Source of the DNA: Acidobacteria bacterium 13_2_20CM_2_57_6
GTDB taxonomy: Bacteria > Acidobacteriota > Terriglobia > Acidiferrales > UBA7541
NCBI GenBank assembly: GCA_001917435.1
Contig: MNEA01000113.1
Coordinates: 13,902-77,901 of the forward strand
DNA length: 64,000 nt
Reading direction: 5' to 3'
Shown here: piece after piece, positions 30,991 through 40,846 of the stretch
Numbering within the stretch: position 1 is the stretch's first letter
Layout of the letters: each line of letters begins with the position of its first letter
Program-made: the position numbers and the translations under genes
The notes under the pieces: model-generated
What the model saw: only the letters and a program-made list of their open reading frames with translations
Told to the model about the DNA's origin: nothing
Databases searched by the model: none

Positions 30991-31316
30991 CGGACACCCT
31001 CACGCAGTTAGTCTCCATTCGACGCCAGACAAATCCATCATCTGTCGCGTATTGGCTCCCTCGCCCACTTGTTTCCCTTTTCATCTTTTCTGCGTCTAAT
31101 CGTCTAATAGATGAGCAGGAGTGTTCTTTCCCGATTGACCCACCTGCGCGATGGGCATCCTGGAGCGGATCAGCAAGGTTCACTAACCGCGGATTCCCGC
31201 CCTGTCAGCGAGATCTCGGCTCAGGCACGAGTGCAAACGGGATTTGTGGGAGAATAAGAAGCAGGGTTTTCGAGTTATTCTGATGGGATGCAGCCTATGC
31301 CGAGGATTGAATTGAG

Positions 31317-32186
31317 ATGACCGCTGACGTTCCTCTAGCAGGAGCTTTTCTCGCCGGGCTCGTTTCGTTTCTCTCACCCTGCGTTTTGCCGCTGGTACCG
31401 GGCTACATCTCCATGCTTTCCGGGATTGGGATGGAGCAACTCCGTCAGGGCGAAGCTCCCAGCTCAGGCCTATTCGCTTCCGCCCTCACCTTTGTTGGCG
31501 GCTTTTCTGTTGTTTTTATTTCTTTCGGAGCCTCCGCCAGCGCCGTAGGTTCTTTCCTTCTCCGGAACCGTTCGCTGCTCGCCCCTGTCGCTGGCGCTTT
31601 GATCCTTCTCTTTGGCCTGCATCTCATTGGCGCTCTGATCAAGTTGAATCTCCGAGCTGGAATTATTCTCGGCCTCATCCTCGTCGCTCTGGGAACCGCC
31701 GCCTATTTTCACCGCGCGCCGCTCTTTGCCGGCTTGGGTGCGGCTCATTTTTTTTCGCTTTCTCTGGTGGGTTTTTTCGGCCCATCGATGGCCCGCTGGC
31801 TTAACCGCGATGTCCACCTTCGCACCAAAACAACGCAGCCCGGAATCTGGAGCGGTTTCCTGCTTGGCTTCGCGTTCGCTTTCGGCTGGACTCCTTGTAT
31901 CGGCCCGATCCTCAGTGCAGTGCTCATACTTGCTGCCCGCAGCGACACGATTGCGCGCGGTGTCTTGCTCCTGGCCGTCTATTCCGCAGGATTGGCCATT
32001 CCCTTCCTGCTTACGGCTCTGGGCATCAGTAAATTCATGGTTTTCTACAAAAACTTTCGAAAATATCTCCACGCCGTCGAGCTTTTCAGCGGCGCTTTGT
32101 TATTGTTCGTGGGGGGATTGGTTTTCGTAAACAAATTGACCTGGCTCTCGACTAAACTGACTTTTCTAAATCGCTTTTCACTCTAG
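31317..32186 (+). CDS. ccdA: CcdA / DsbD transmembrane domain protein
   Basis: SFLSPCVLPLVP and FGWTPCIGPIL redox Cys motifs; has an extra hydrophobic insertion in the middle. Confidence 0.88.
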   Translation: MTADVPLAGAFLAGLVSFLSPCVLPLVPGYISMLSGIGMEQLRQGEAPSSGLFASALTFVGGFSVVFISFGASASAVGSFLLRNRSLLAPVAGALILLFGLHLIGALIKLNLRAGIILGLILVALGTAAYFHRAPLFAGLGAAHFFSLSLVGFFGPSMARWLNRDVHLRTKTTQPGIWSGFLLGFAFAFGWTPCIGPILSAVLILAARSDTIARGVLLLAVYSAGLAIPFLLTALGISKFMVFYKNFRKYLHAVELFSGALLLFVGGLVFVNKLTWLSTKLTFLNRFSL

Positions 32187-32219
32187 AGGAGTGCGCCTGA
32201 CAAACTCAGGGAAACCATA

Positions 32220-32789
32220 ATGAAGAAAATTGTTCTAATCGTCTCCACGGTGCTGGTGCTCATCGTCGGGACTTATTTTGCCGACAAAGCCACGCGCGTC
32301 AAGGATATGAGCTCGGTAAAGAACACCGTGCGGGCCAACGACGCACCCGACGCCAAGTCCGCTCCTGAAGTCACCTTCAAGGATCTTAACGGCAAAGATG
32401 CCACGCTTGCCCAGTACAAAGGAAAAGTTGTCCTGGTCAATTTCTGGGCCACCTGGTGCGATCCCTGCTACATCGAAATTCCCTGGCTCATCGAAATGCA
32501 ACAGAAGTACGAAGCGAAGGGTTTCACCGTTCTCGGCATCTCCATGGACGAAGAAGGCAAAGCCGCCGTCGATCCTTTTCTGGCCAAGGAGCGCTTCAAC
32601 GTCAACGGAGAGAAGCTCCCCATGAACTATCCTATCGTCATCGGTAACGACGAAGTCGCAGATAAGTTCGGTGGCCTCCTCGGCTACCCCACGAGCTTCC
32701 TCATCTCCCGCGACGGAAAAATTGTGAAGAAGGTCCAAGGCCTCATCAGCTACGAAGAATTCACCAAGGCCATAGAAGCGCAACTGTAA
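32220..32789 (+). CDS. TlpA/ResA-like thioredoxin (membrane-anchored)
   Basis: GKVVLVNFWATWCDPC..EIP and YPTSFLI motifs; N-terminal TM helix. Confidence 0.92.
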   Translation: MKKIVLIVSTVLVLIVGTYFADKATRVKDMSSVKNTVRANDAPDAKSAPEVTFKDLNGKDATLAQYKGKVVLVNFWATWCDPCYIEIPWLIEMQQKYEAKGFTVLGISMDEEGKAAVDPFLAKERFNVNGEKLPMNYPIVIGNDEVADKFGGLLGYPTSFLISRDGKIVKKVQGLISYEEFTKAIEAQL

Positions 32790-33189
32790 AAATCCCTGAC
32801 CGTCGTGTACTAACAACCGCTCACTTTCTTCTGGAGAGTCCCCGCGCGTAGTTCAGTTGGACGAGCACGATGAACGCGATGCTCCAATACGTGCTGAATA
32901 TACATAGCAGCGCGCCGTCGGCGTAAAGCACCTAGGCAATGAGGATTCATGAATAGTACGGAAAATCGCAGCTATGCATTCCGCGTATGCGTTGTTTGCG
33001 ACAACGATTCCCGAGAAACCATTACATGCCAGTAGGCGTCTTAAATCATGCGTAGCGATGCGATGAACGCAGATACTCGGCGCAATGGCGGAGATTTTTG
33101 ATTTCGGGCCGCCACGCCCCCTTTTGGTGTGGGCGGGCCGTTCTGTGTAAGAGGTGCGGGTTTCGACTCCGTTCCTCGAGGGGCTTCCC

Positions 33190-33672
33190 ATGAAAAACAA
33201 CCTCCTCTTTGTCTTGCTGAGCGTTTCCGTCCTGGCGGGTTGCAGGATGACGGGCCGGCTCTACCCCGTTCAAGGGCCATTGTCCGCCCAATCCCCAACG
33301 CCTGTTTTGCTCGCCAAACTCACAGGCGCATTCAATTCAGGAAATATGACTGTTGTTCTCGCCGATGGCGAGGTTTGCAAAGGGCACTGGGCGACCGTGG
33401 CCCGCCCTCCAGTCGCCAAGGCCGGGGCTACCGCCAGCACCGCGCCTGATAGCAACATGTCGTCTGTTTGGGACACGATATACGGCTCGGGATTTTATGT
33501 ATCCCATGTGCTAGGCCAAAGGCTTTACGTTCAGGCTGTGATTCCGGGAAACCGCGGGACCGTCCTGAAGGTGGAAATGTACAGGTCTGCGGGAGGAGAG
33601 CCGAATCTCCTCAGGGAAATAAAAGGCGTCGCAAAAGACAACAAGGACAATATCTACAAACTGGTTTTCTAG
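33190..33672 (+). CDS. Hypothetical lipoprotein
   Basis: MKNN plus hydrophobic stretch and LAGC lipobox; GAGGGG RBS. Confidence 0.75.
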   Translation: MKNNLLFVLLSVSVLAGCRMTGRLYPVQGPLSAQSPTPVLLAKLTGAFNSGNMTVVLADGEVCKGHWATVARPPVAKAGATASTAPDSNMSSVWDTIYGSGFYVSHVLGQRLYVQAVIPGNRGTVLKVEMYRSAGGEPNLLREIKGVAKDNKDNIYKLVF

Positions 33673-33792
33673 TTCATCTGGCTGATCATTTAGCTACAGC
33701 TAAGATTCATGCTGCTACTCTTACACCATTGCCCATCAAGCGCACTTCCCTCCCACTGCTCGGGCTCTTCGATTTGCTAAACTCTTCCCACC

Positions 33793-34293
33793 ATGAGCGT
33801 GATTGACGAAGTCCTCGCCGCCAATGAAATTTATTCACGCACCCATGAACTGCGCAGGCTGACACCGCGTCCCGAACGCAAGCTGGCCGTCCTCACCTGT
33901 ATGGACACCCGTCTTTCGACGCGCACGCTGGGGCTTAAAGAGGGAGATGCGCACATCATCCGCAATGCCGGTGGAATCGTCACGGATGACACGCTGCGCT
34001 CCCTGGTGGTATCGCATCATCTGTTAGGCACAGAGGAATTCATGGTGGTCAACCACACTGATTGCGGCTTGATGCACACTAGCGAACAGGACTTGCGCAC
34101 CAGAATCCAGAATCGCACTGGAACCGCCGCTGTCGCCCCCGCCTTCTTCTACGCCTTCCAGAACGTCGAAGAGAATGTCCGCCACCAATTGCAGAAGCTC
34201 CGCACTCATCCCTGGATTCCCCGGACTGTGGCCATTCGCGGCTTCGTCTATGACGTCAGTAGCGGGCGGCTTCGCGAAATCAAGGACTTCTGA
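33793..34293 (+). CDS. Beta-class carbonic anhydrase (small cab/clade D type)
   Basis: CMDTR, RNAGG and HTDCG zinc ligands. Confidence 0.92.
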   Translation: MSVIDEVLAANEIYSRTHELRRLTPRPERKLAVLTCMDTRLSTRTLGLKEGDAHIIRNAGGIVTDDTLRSLVVSHHLLGTEEFMVVNHTDCGLMHTSEQDLRTRIQNRTGTAAVAPAFFYAFQNVEENVRHQLQKLRTHPWIPRTVAIRGFVYDVSSGRLREIKDF

Positions 34294-34308
34294 CTTAGGA
34301 GGAACTCG

Positions 34309-35451
34309 ATGAAGGGATTTCTCTCGACTCTGATTCTGACGTTGCTCTTCGCAATCATGCATTCGCCTTCGCTAGCGCAAGATTTTATCCACTGGCAAAC
34401 CGACCTCACACGACCGCAAGATTATGTCCTCAGGCGTGTTTCCAGCGCCGACCTGAGTGGCGGAAATGCGGACTTCCGGCCCATCGAGCCCGGCGGAACG
34501 CTCACCATCCTCGATGTGGAAGGTCCTGCCCTGCTCACTCACATCTGGTTCACCTTGTACGCACCCGCGCCTCACCACTTGAAAGAGCTTGTTTTGCGCA
34601 TGTATTGGGACGGCGAACGCACTCCCAGCGTTGAAGCTCCCTTGGGCGATTTCTTTGGCCTTGGCCTCGGCGACTACTTCACGTGGGAATCCGAGCTGCT
34701 TTCCGTGGCCAATGACCGCGCGCTGAACTCATTTTTCCCCATGCCCTTCCAAAAACATGCCCGCATCACCGTGACCAATGAGGGACGGGAAAAGGTCCCC
34801 TTGTTCTATTTCAATCTCGATTACCGCGCCTACTCCAGGCCGCTTCCCTCGGATACGCTCTATTTCCACGCACAGTTTCGGCAGGCTCAACCCAACCCTG
34901 GCTGGACCAATCAATGGCAGTTGAATTCCGATCGGCTCGTCGAAGAAAAGAAAAACCTGAATGGCGACGGCAATTACGTGTGGGCGGAGGCCACCGGCCG
35001 TGGCCACTTCCTGGGAGTCACCATGTCCGTGCTGCAAAATCAGGACGGATGGTGGGGCGAGGGCGACGACATGTTTTTCATCAACGGTGAGTTGCGTCCG
35101 TCCATCAACGGAACGGGCTCTGAAGATTATTTCCTCGGCGCTTTTGATTTTGGAAGAAGCTCGTTTTCCTACAGGCTTTTCGGCGCGCCCGTTAAAGGCG
35201 AAGAGCGCGCAGGAGGCCGCTCATCCGTCTACCGCTTTCATCTCGATTCGCCTATTCCTTTCTCGAAATCGTTACGCGCCACGATCGAGCATGGTCACGC
35301 CAACCACCGCTCCGACAACTATTATTCCGTGGCTTATTGGTACCAATCCGAGCCTCACGGCCCATTTCCCTCTCTTCCTCCTGTCGACCAGCGTATCCCA
35401 AAACTCCAGCCTGTCGGCGGCCCCGGAAATGCCGCCGTTGCCCCTCATTGA
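34309..35451 (+). CDS. DUF2961 / GH172 family glycoside hydrolase, secreted
   Basis: Signal peptide, YWDGE..PSVE.P.GDFF, MPF, WWGEGDD, GTGSEDYF and EHGH motifs. Confidence 0.88.
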   Translation: MKGFLSTLILTLLFAIMHSPSLAQDFIHWQTDLTRPQDYVLRRVSSADLSGGNADFRPIEPGGTLTILDVEGPALLTHIWFTLYAPAPHHLKELVLRMYWDGERTPSVEAPLGDFFGLGLGDYFTWESELLSVANDRALNSFFPMPFQKHARITVTNEGREKVPLFYFNLDYRAYSRPLPSDTLYFHAQFRQAQPNPGWTNQWQLNSDRLVEEKKNLNGDGNYVWAEATGRGHFLGVTMSVLQNQDGWWGEGDDMFFINGELRPSINGTGSEDYFLGAFDFGRSSFSYRLFGAPVKGEERAGGRSSVYRFHLDSPIPFSKSLRATIEHGHANHRSDNYYSVAYWYQSEPHGPFPSLPPVDQRIPKLQPVGGPGNAAVAPH

Positions 35452-35551
35452 TACGTGCGCATCCACTGCGCTTTTCTCCGTGCACGCCGGGCTGCCGGAA
35501 GCCGCCCTTCCCTTCCTTGCGAGGGGGAAACTCCTCATGTACGCTGAATTC

Positions 35552-35884
35552 ATGCTCGACGAAAAAGACTTTCAACGAAAGGCAGACGCCACCTTCGAGG
35601 ACCTTAAGCGCCGCATGCTCACCGCGGGCGACGAACACGGCTTCGACGTGGAAGGCGAAGCCGGAAAACTCGAAGTTCTCTTCGAGGAGCCCGAGGAGGC
35701 CAAATTCGTGATCTCGCCCAACACCCCGGTCCGCGAAATCTGGGTCTCCGCACTTTCCACCAGTTTCAAGCTTGGCTGGAATGAATCGCGGAACGCATTT
35801 GTCCATGAAAAAACCGGTGAAGATCTGCGCGCGGTGATGAGCCGCGTCATTTCCCAGCAACTCGGCGCCCAGGTGACCCTGTGA
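35552..35884 (+). CDS. cyaY: Frataxin / iron donor CyaY
   Basis: Acidic N-terminal helix and G.L...F...KFVI..N.P..EIW.S pattern. The real gene is the 3' part of track ORF 34961..35884. Confidence 0.82.
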   Translation: MLDEKDFQRKADATFEDLKRRMLTAGDEHGFDVEGEAGKLEVLFEEPEEAKFVISPNTPVREIWVSALSTSFKLGWNESRNAFVHEKTGEDLRAVMSRVISQQLGAQVTL

Positions 35885-36429
35885 AATTCAGAACAACGTT
35901 TTCCCTGGTGAGCGCCCTGGCAATTTGTGCCGCGCTATCACACGTCACATCCGCCCAAGTTCCTTCCGGCCGCGAAGTCGTCAAGCCGGAAATCTACGCC
36001 TCGCTCGATCCGGCCGCTCGCGGCAGTTCGTTCCAAATCGCCGTGGTCATGAAGATTCGCCCGGGCTTTCACGTCAATGCTCGTGAAAAATCGGAGGACT
36101 ATCTCATCGCCACGGATCTCAAAGCCGCGCTTCCCGCCGGCTTTAACAGCGGCGATGTTTCCTATCCCAAGGGCAAGCTCGAAAAATTCGCCTTCTCCAA
36201 AATTCCCTTGAACGTCTACCAGGACACTGTGATTCTGCGCATGCCGGTCACGGCGCTCGCAACCGCCCCTCTCGGCAAACAACAAATTCCGCTGAAACTT
36301 CGCTACCAAGCCTGCAGCAGCGAACTCTGCCTGCCTCCCGTCACACTCACACTCGATGCGGCGCTGAACATCGTTGCTTCAGCATCCGCAGCCAAGCCCG
36401 CCCACACGGAAATTTTTGGAAAGCAATAA
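35881..36429 (+). CDS. Stand-alone DsbD N-terminal (alpha, Ig-like) domain protein, secreted
   Basis: Signal peptide, I.PGFHV, YP, VY and YQACSSELCLPP cysteine loop. Confidence 0.85.
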   Translation: MKFRTTFSLVSALAICAALSHVTSAQVPSGREVVKPEIYASLDPAARGSSFQIAVVMKIRPGFHVNAREKSEDYLIATDLKAALPAGFNSGDVSYPKGKLEKFAFSKIPLNVYQDTVILRMPVTALATAPLGKQQIPLKLRYQACSSELCLPPVTLTLDAALNIVASASAAKPAHTEIFGKQ

Positions 36430-36502
36430 ATCCGCCATCTCGATTCGGGGAACGGATTCCATGAAGCATGGCAAGTGTTGAAATGTTGAAGGATGGCCAG
36501 TT

Positions 36503-38011
36503 CTAGGCTTTGCCGAAGCCTGCCACCGCATCGCGTAAACGGCGCACGACGCGCTGTTGCCCCAGAACGACCATGGTGTCAAAGAGCGGTGGCGCCACCG
36601 CCTGGCCCACGATCGCCACGCGCGTCGCATTGATCAGGAGTCCTGCCTTGACGCCCCCGGCTTCAGCGATAGCGCGCGAAGCGTGGTCGCAGGCGTCGTG
36701 GTTCCATTCATTCAGTTTTTCCAGCGTATCCGCGAGCTTCGCGAGAAGTTCCGGCACCTTGGGGTCCTTCCAGAATTTCTCTTTTGCCGCCGCATCGCGA
36801 GGGAACTCGTCGCTAAAAAACGCGCGCGACCAAGAAGAAAAATCCGGCAACAGACGAATTCGCGGCCGCAGCAAATCAACGGTCCTTGAGAACCACGCAT
36901 GATCTCTCCCCTCAGGGCCCGGAGCCGCTCCCGCAGCCCACTCGGGCTTCCACAAGCCGCTGCGCTTCAGTTCTTTTTCGACTTCGGGCAGCAGTTCCTC
37001 GATCGGAAGCCTCTGCAGGTATTGGGTGTTAAACCATTCGAGCTTCGGCCGGTCGAATACCGCATTGGTGCGGCTCACGCCCTCCAGCGAGAATTTGTCG
37101 ATCAACTCCTTCGTGCGCAGAAATTCTTCGTCTCCTCCGGGCGACCAGCCCAGCAGCGCAAGAAAATTTCGGAACGCCTCCGGCAGGAAACCATCGGTAC
37201 GGTACATATTCACGTCGGTCGCGCCGTGGCGTTTCGAAAGACGGGATTTGTCCGCGCCAAGAATCAACGGCACGTGCGCAAAAACGGGTGGCTCGGAATG
37301 CAGCGCGCGGTACAGCAGCACTTGTTTCGGAGTATTCGAAAGGTGATCCGCGCCGCGAATCACATGGGTAATCCGCATATCGATGTCGTCGACGACCACT
37401 CCCAACTGGTACATGGACTGGCCGAATTCCTCGTCGTTTTTCCCGGAGCGCAGCAGAACAAAGTCCTCGATTTCCTCGTTCGAAAACTCGCGTTCCCCGA
37501 ACACCGCGTCGAGGAATTTCGTTGTTCCCCCAAGAGGAACTTTGAAGCGGACCGCCGGCTTCACGCCCGGCGTCGATGGCTTGCCATCGCGGCAGGAACA
37601 GCGCGTGACGCGCCGCGGCCCGCCGGCCTTAGGCTCTTCGTCCTGCGCTGGCTCGGTGTGGTCTCCCCCGGCATATTTTTCCGCGGGGCAGTAGCACAAG
37701 AAGGCGGCCCCGTTGGCCAAGCATTTTTTCGCCGCTGCTCGATACAGTTCCGTTCTTTGTGACTGGTAAAATGGTCCCTCGTCCCAGTTGACGCCCAGCC
37801 ACCGCAGGCCATCGAGAATCCCCTGCACTAGTTCGGGCTTGTTGCGCTCGGCATCCGTGTCTTCCACGCGGAGGATCATCGTGCCGCCCTGGCGCCGCGC
37901 GAACAGCCAGTTAAACAGTGCCGTCCGCGCCCCTCCCACGTGCAAGTAACCCGTGGGAGACGGGGCAAAACGCACTCTCGCTAAAGACCTCTTCTGGACC
38001 GAGTCACTCAT
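36503..38011 (-). CDS. gltX: Glutamate--tRNA ligase
   Basis: RFAPSPTGYLHVGG (HIGH), RVEDTD, THVIRGADH and RLSKRHG (KMSKS). Start at 38011 or 38038. Confidence 0.95.
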   Translation of the reverse strand: MSDSVQKRSLARVRFAPSPTGYLHVGGARTALFNWLFARRQGGTMILRVEDTDAERNKPELVQGILDGLRWLGVNWDEGPFYQSQRTELYRAAAKKCLANGAAFLCYCPAEKYAGGDHTEPAQDEEPKAGGPRRVTRCSCRDGKPSTPGVKPAVRFKVPLGGTTKFLDAVFGEREFSNEEIEDFVLLRSGKNDEEFGQSMYQLGVVVDDIDMRITHVIRGADHLSNTPKQVLLYRALHSEPPVFAHVPLILGADKSRLSKRHGATDVNMYRTDGFLPEAFRNFLALLGWSPGGDEEFLRTKELIDKFSLEGVSRTNAVFDRPKLEWFNTQYLQRLPIEELLPEVEKELKRSGLWKPEWAAGAAPGPEGRDHAWFSRTVDLLRPRIRLLPDFSSWSRAFFSDEFPRDAAAKEKFWKDPKVPELLAKLADTLEKLNEWNHDACDHASRAIAEAGGVKAGLLINATRVAIVGQAVAPPLFDTMVVLGQQRVVRRLRDAVAGFGKA

Positions 38012-38325
38012 AGGCAGCGTTTTTCCGTCGGGATTCAAACGCTCAGTTTAGCCAAACCAGCTATTGACGTCCAATCGGGCGGCCTCGCGACGCCTGTCAG
38101 GTATTCTACTTAGGCGCACAAACTCTCGGAGCGAACGGCGCAAGCCAAGAAGATTTGTTCATCCAATTTGAGCATTTTCCCCAGCCAGCATATGAGATAG
38201 AATTTGGGCTTGTGAGGTTTTAGGTTTGGCAGGATTCAAAGACGCAACCATTTTACCGTAGTTGAAATCCAACCGCCCAGACAGAATGTCGTAGGCCGAT
38301 TTTTTCCCAGGGTAGCTGAGACACC

Positions 38326-39603
38326 ATGGACAAAATACCCCCATCCGGCGAAGAGTCCAAAAAAATCATCTTTCGTGCGTCCGCTTTGCTTCTCCTCGTC
38401 ATGACCGTCTTTCTGTTCGCCCATTTCCGGAGCGAGCGAGCGGCGACGAATGTCGAGGAATCCATCATGAAAGTGGAAAGAAAGGACTTCGCGCAATCTC
38501 TGCGCCTTAATGGAACCACCCAAGCTTCGCGTTCCTTCGTGGTTCTTGCGCCAAGACTCGAAGGAGCGCAAGTCGGTTCCATGGTCATCACCAAGCTGGC
38601 TCCTGCCGGCACCCACGTGGAAAAAGGCGATGTCCTGGTTGAGTTCGATCCGCAGGCGGAAGCGCGAGACTATCTGGATAAGAAAAGTACCTATGAAAAT
38701 CTCGTCGGGCAGGTCGCCCAGAAACAAGCAGACGAGAACATTGCGCGCGCCAAGGACGATACGGCGATGCAGCAGGCGGAGGACGAGCTCAAACGGGCGC
38801 AGCTCGAGCTTCAGAAAAATGAAATCGTTTCGCGCATCGACGCCGAAAAGAATCAGGAGGCGGTTGACGAAGCCCAGTCGACACTCAAGCAGCTTAAAGA
38901 AACCTATCAGCTTAAGCGCGCCGCTGCCACTGCGGCTATTCGCATTCTAGAGATTCAGCGTGACCGCGCACTGGAGGCCATGCGTTACTCGCAAGGAAAC
39001 GCCGCGAAAATGGTGGTTCACTCGCCGATGCCGGGAGTCGTCGTCTACAACACCATCTGGCTGGGCGGCCGCATGGGAACCGTGCAGCAGGGCGACCAAG
39101 TGCGGCCTGGCGTTCCGTTCCTGCAGGTCGTGGATCCTTCTCGAATGGAGGTCCGCGTTCAGCTCAACCAGGTAGATGTTCTGAAAGTCCATCCAGGCCA
39201 GCAGGCGCAGATGCACCTGGATGCGTATCCGGGCATGACTCTCCCTGCCGTTCTTGAAGATCTCTCGCCACTGGGCCATACGGGGCAATTTACGGAAGCG
39301 GTGCGTTCCTTCAACGCGCAGTTTTCCGTTCAGGGGACAGACGCGCGGCTCTTGCCTGACCTTTCTGCCGCGCTCGATCTCGATCTCGGCTCGCAAAAAA
39401 GCGCTCTGGTCGTTCCCTGGCAGAGTGTGGGCTTCGAAGGTGATCATTCCTTTGTTTGGCTGGAAACCAGGGGTAATTTTGAGAAACGCAACGTGCAAAT
39501 CGGTCCGCGAAATGATCTTGAGGTGGTTGTGAATTCCGGGCTAGCCGAGGGGGATATTATCCGGCGCACGGCAATTGAGGACCAGACGAGGCAGAGCCCG
39601 TGA
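38326..39603 (+). CDS. Efflux periplasmic adaptor (HlyD/MacA-type) no. 1
   Basis: N-terminal TM helix, G..V.KGD.L..FD lipoyl half, long coiled coil, SP.PG.V and GD.V.PG. Confidence 0.88.
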   Translation: MDKIPPSGEESKKIIFRASALLLLVMTVFLFAHFRSERAATNVEESIMKVERKDFAQSLRLNGTTQASRSFVVLAPRLEGAQVGSMVITKLAPAGTHVEKGDVLVEFDPQAEARDYLDKKSTYENLVGQVAQKQADENIARAKDDTAMQQAEDELKRAQLELQKNEIVSRIDAEKNQEAVDEAQSTLKQLKETYQLKRAAATAAIRILEIQRDRALEAMRYSQGNAAKMVVHSPMPGVVVYNTIWLGGRMGTVQQGDQVRPGVPFLQVVDPSRMEVRVQLNQVDVLKVHPGQQAQMHLDAYPGMTLPAVLEDLSPLGHTGQFTEAVRSFNAQFSVQGTDARLLPDLSAALDLDLGSQKSALVVPWQSVGFEGDHSFVWLETRGNFEKRNVQIGPRNDLEVVVNSGLAEGDIIRRTAIEDQTRQSP

Positions 39604-40841
39604 TGAACAAGAAATGGAAACCAGGGAAAAGAGCCGTGTCTGGCGCCACAGCGATAGTGCTCGGAGGTCTTGTATTTGGCACTCTGCGCCTGGCCAATCC
39701 GGCCGCCAAACTCTCCACGACCGAAGTGAAGCGAAAAGAGTTCGTCGACTATCTGGAAGTCAAGGGCGAGGTTAAGGCCCTCCATTCCGTCATCATCACC
39801 GCGCCCTACGGTGCAGGCGATCTTCAAATCGTCAAACTTGCGACGAATGGTGCAAAGGTTAAGAAGGCTGATGTTTTAGTCGAATTCGACAACACGACCA
39901 TGAAACAAAAGCTTGCCCAGGATCAATCCACGCTCAAATCTGCGGAAGCGGAAATTCAGCAGTCGCGCGCGGCCTCCCGCTTAAAGGAAGAACAGGATCT
40001 CACCGACTTGATGAACGCCAAGTTCGACGCGCAAAAAGCGCGCTTGGATGCCAGTAAACAGGAAATTGTTTCCGCGATTGAAGGTGAAGAGGCCAAGCTG
40101 AAGCTCGCGGATGCGGAGCAGAAAGTCAAGGAAACCGAGGCCAAGCTCAAGGCGGACCGCTCGGCCGCGTCCGCGGATCTTGCAACCAAGAAGCAGAAGC
40201 AGGATCAGGCTGCGTTTCAAGTGCAGCAGGACGACCACAGCGTGGCTTTGCTTACTTTGCGGGCGCCGCTTGACGGGGTTGTCTCACTGCAAAATCACTG
40301 GCAGCCCCAGGGCGGCTCCACTCCCTTCAGGCCGGGAGACCGGGCGTGGCCGGGTGCGGCCATCCTCGAACTTCCCGACCCATCCAAGCTGAAGATTTCG
40401 GCGCGTATTGAAGAAGCGGAGAGGGGGCAATTGAAAGTGGGCCAGGCCGGAATGGTACGAGTTGAAGCCGTTCCCGACGGGAGCTTTGAGGGGCGCATCG
40501 AGACAATCAGCCCCACCGCCAGTCTGGATTTTAACGGCGGGTGGCCCGTCCCGAGAAATTTCAGCGTTGAAGTGGCGTTGGCGAACGTCGATTGGCGCCT
40601 CACGCCGGGAATGGGAGCGGTTGTCCGGGTAGCGGTAGACCGCGTCGCCAACGGCATTGTTATTCCGTCTTCGGCGCTTTTCCGCAAAGCGGGCCGCACG
40701 GTCGCCTATGTCCGGCGCGGCTCGAAGTTCGCGGAGACCGTTGTCGAGGTCTTGCGCCGCAGCGGAGATGAGGCGCTGGTTGGAAAGGGATTGCAACCGG
40801 GAGAGCGGTTGGCGCTGAAAGATCCAACGTTGACGGAATAG
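39600..40841 (+). CDS. Efflux periplasmic adaptor (HlyD/MacA-type) no. 2
   Basis: Same architecture (GAKVKKADVLVEFD, APLDGVV); overlaps the previous gene. Confidence 0.88.
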   Translation: MMNKKWKPGKRAVSGATAIVLGGLVFGTLRLANPAAKLSTTEVKRKEFVDYLEVKGEVKALHSVIITAPYGAGDLQIVKLATNGAKVKKADVLVEFDNTTMKQKLAQDQSTLKSAEAEIQQSRAASRLKEEQDLTDLMNAKFDAQKARLDASKQEIVSAIEGEEAKLKLADAEQKVKETEAKLKADRSAASADLATKKQKQDQAAFQVQQDDHSVALLTLRAPLDGVVSLQNHWQPQGGSTPFRPGDRAWPGAAILELPDPSKLKISARIEEAERGQLKVGQAGMVRVEAVPDGSFEGRIETISPTASLDFNGGWPVPRNFSVEVALANVDWRLTPGMGAVVRVAVDRVANGIVIPSSALFRKAGRTVAYVRRGSKFAETVVEVLRRSGDEALVGKGLQPGERLALKDPTLTE

Positions 40842-40846
40842 GAACG

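Noticed and set aside
32842-33172. tRNA-like fragments: GCGCGTAGTTCAGTTGGACGAGC (D-arm-like) at 32844 and GGGTTTCGACTCC (T-loop-like) near 33160
   Set aside because: There is no anticodon arm or matching acceptor stem, and the pieces are 300 nt apart without recognisable intron or tmRNA features.
34961-35551. N-terminal extension of the 307-aa track ORF
   Set aside because: It overlaps the GH172 gene in another frame; only the last 110 codons look like CyaY.
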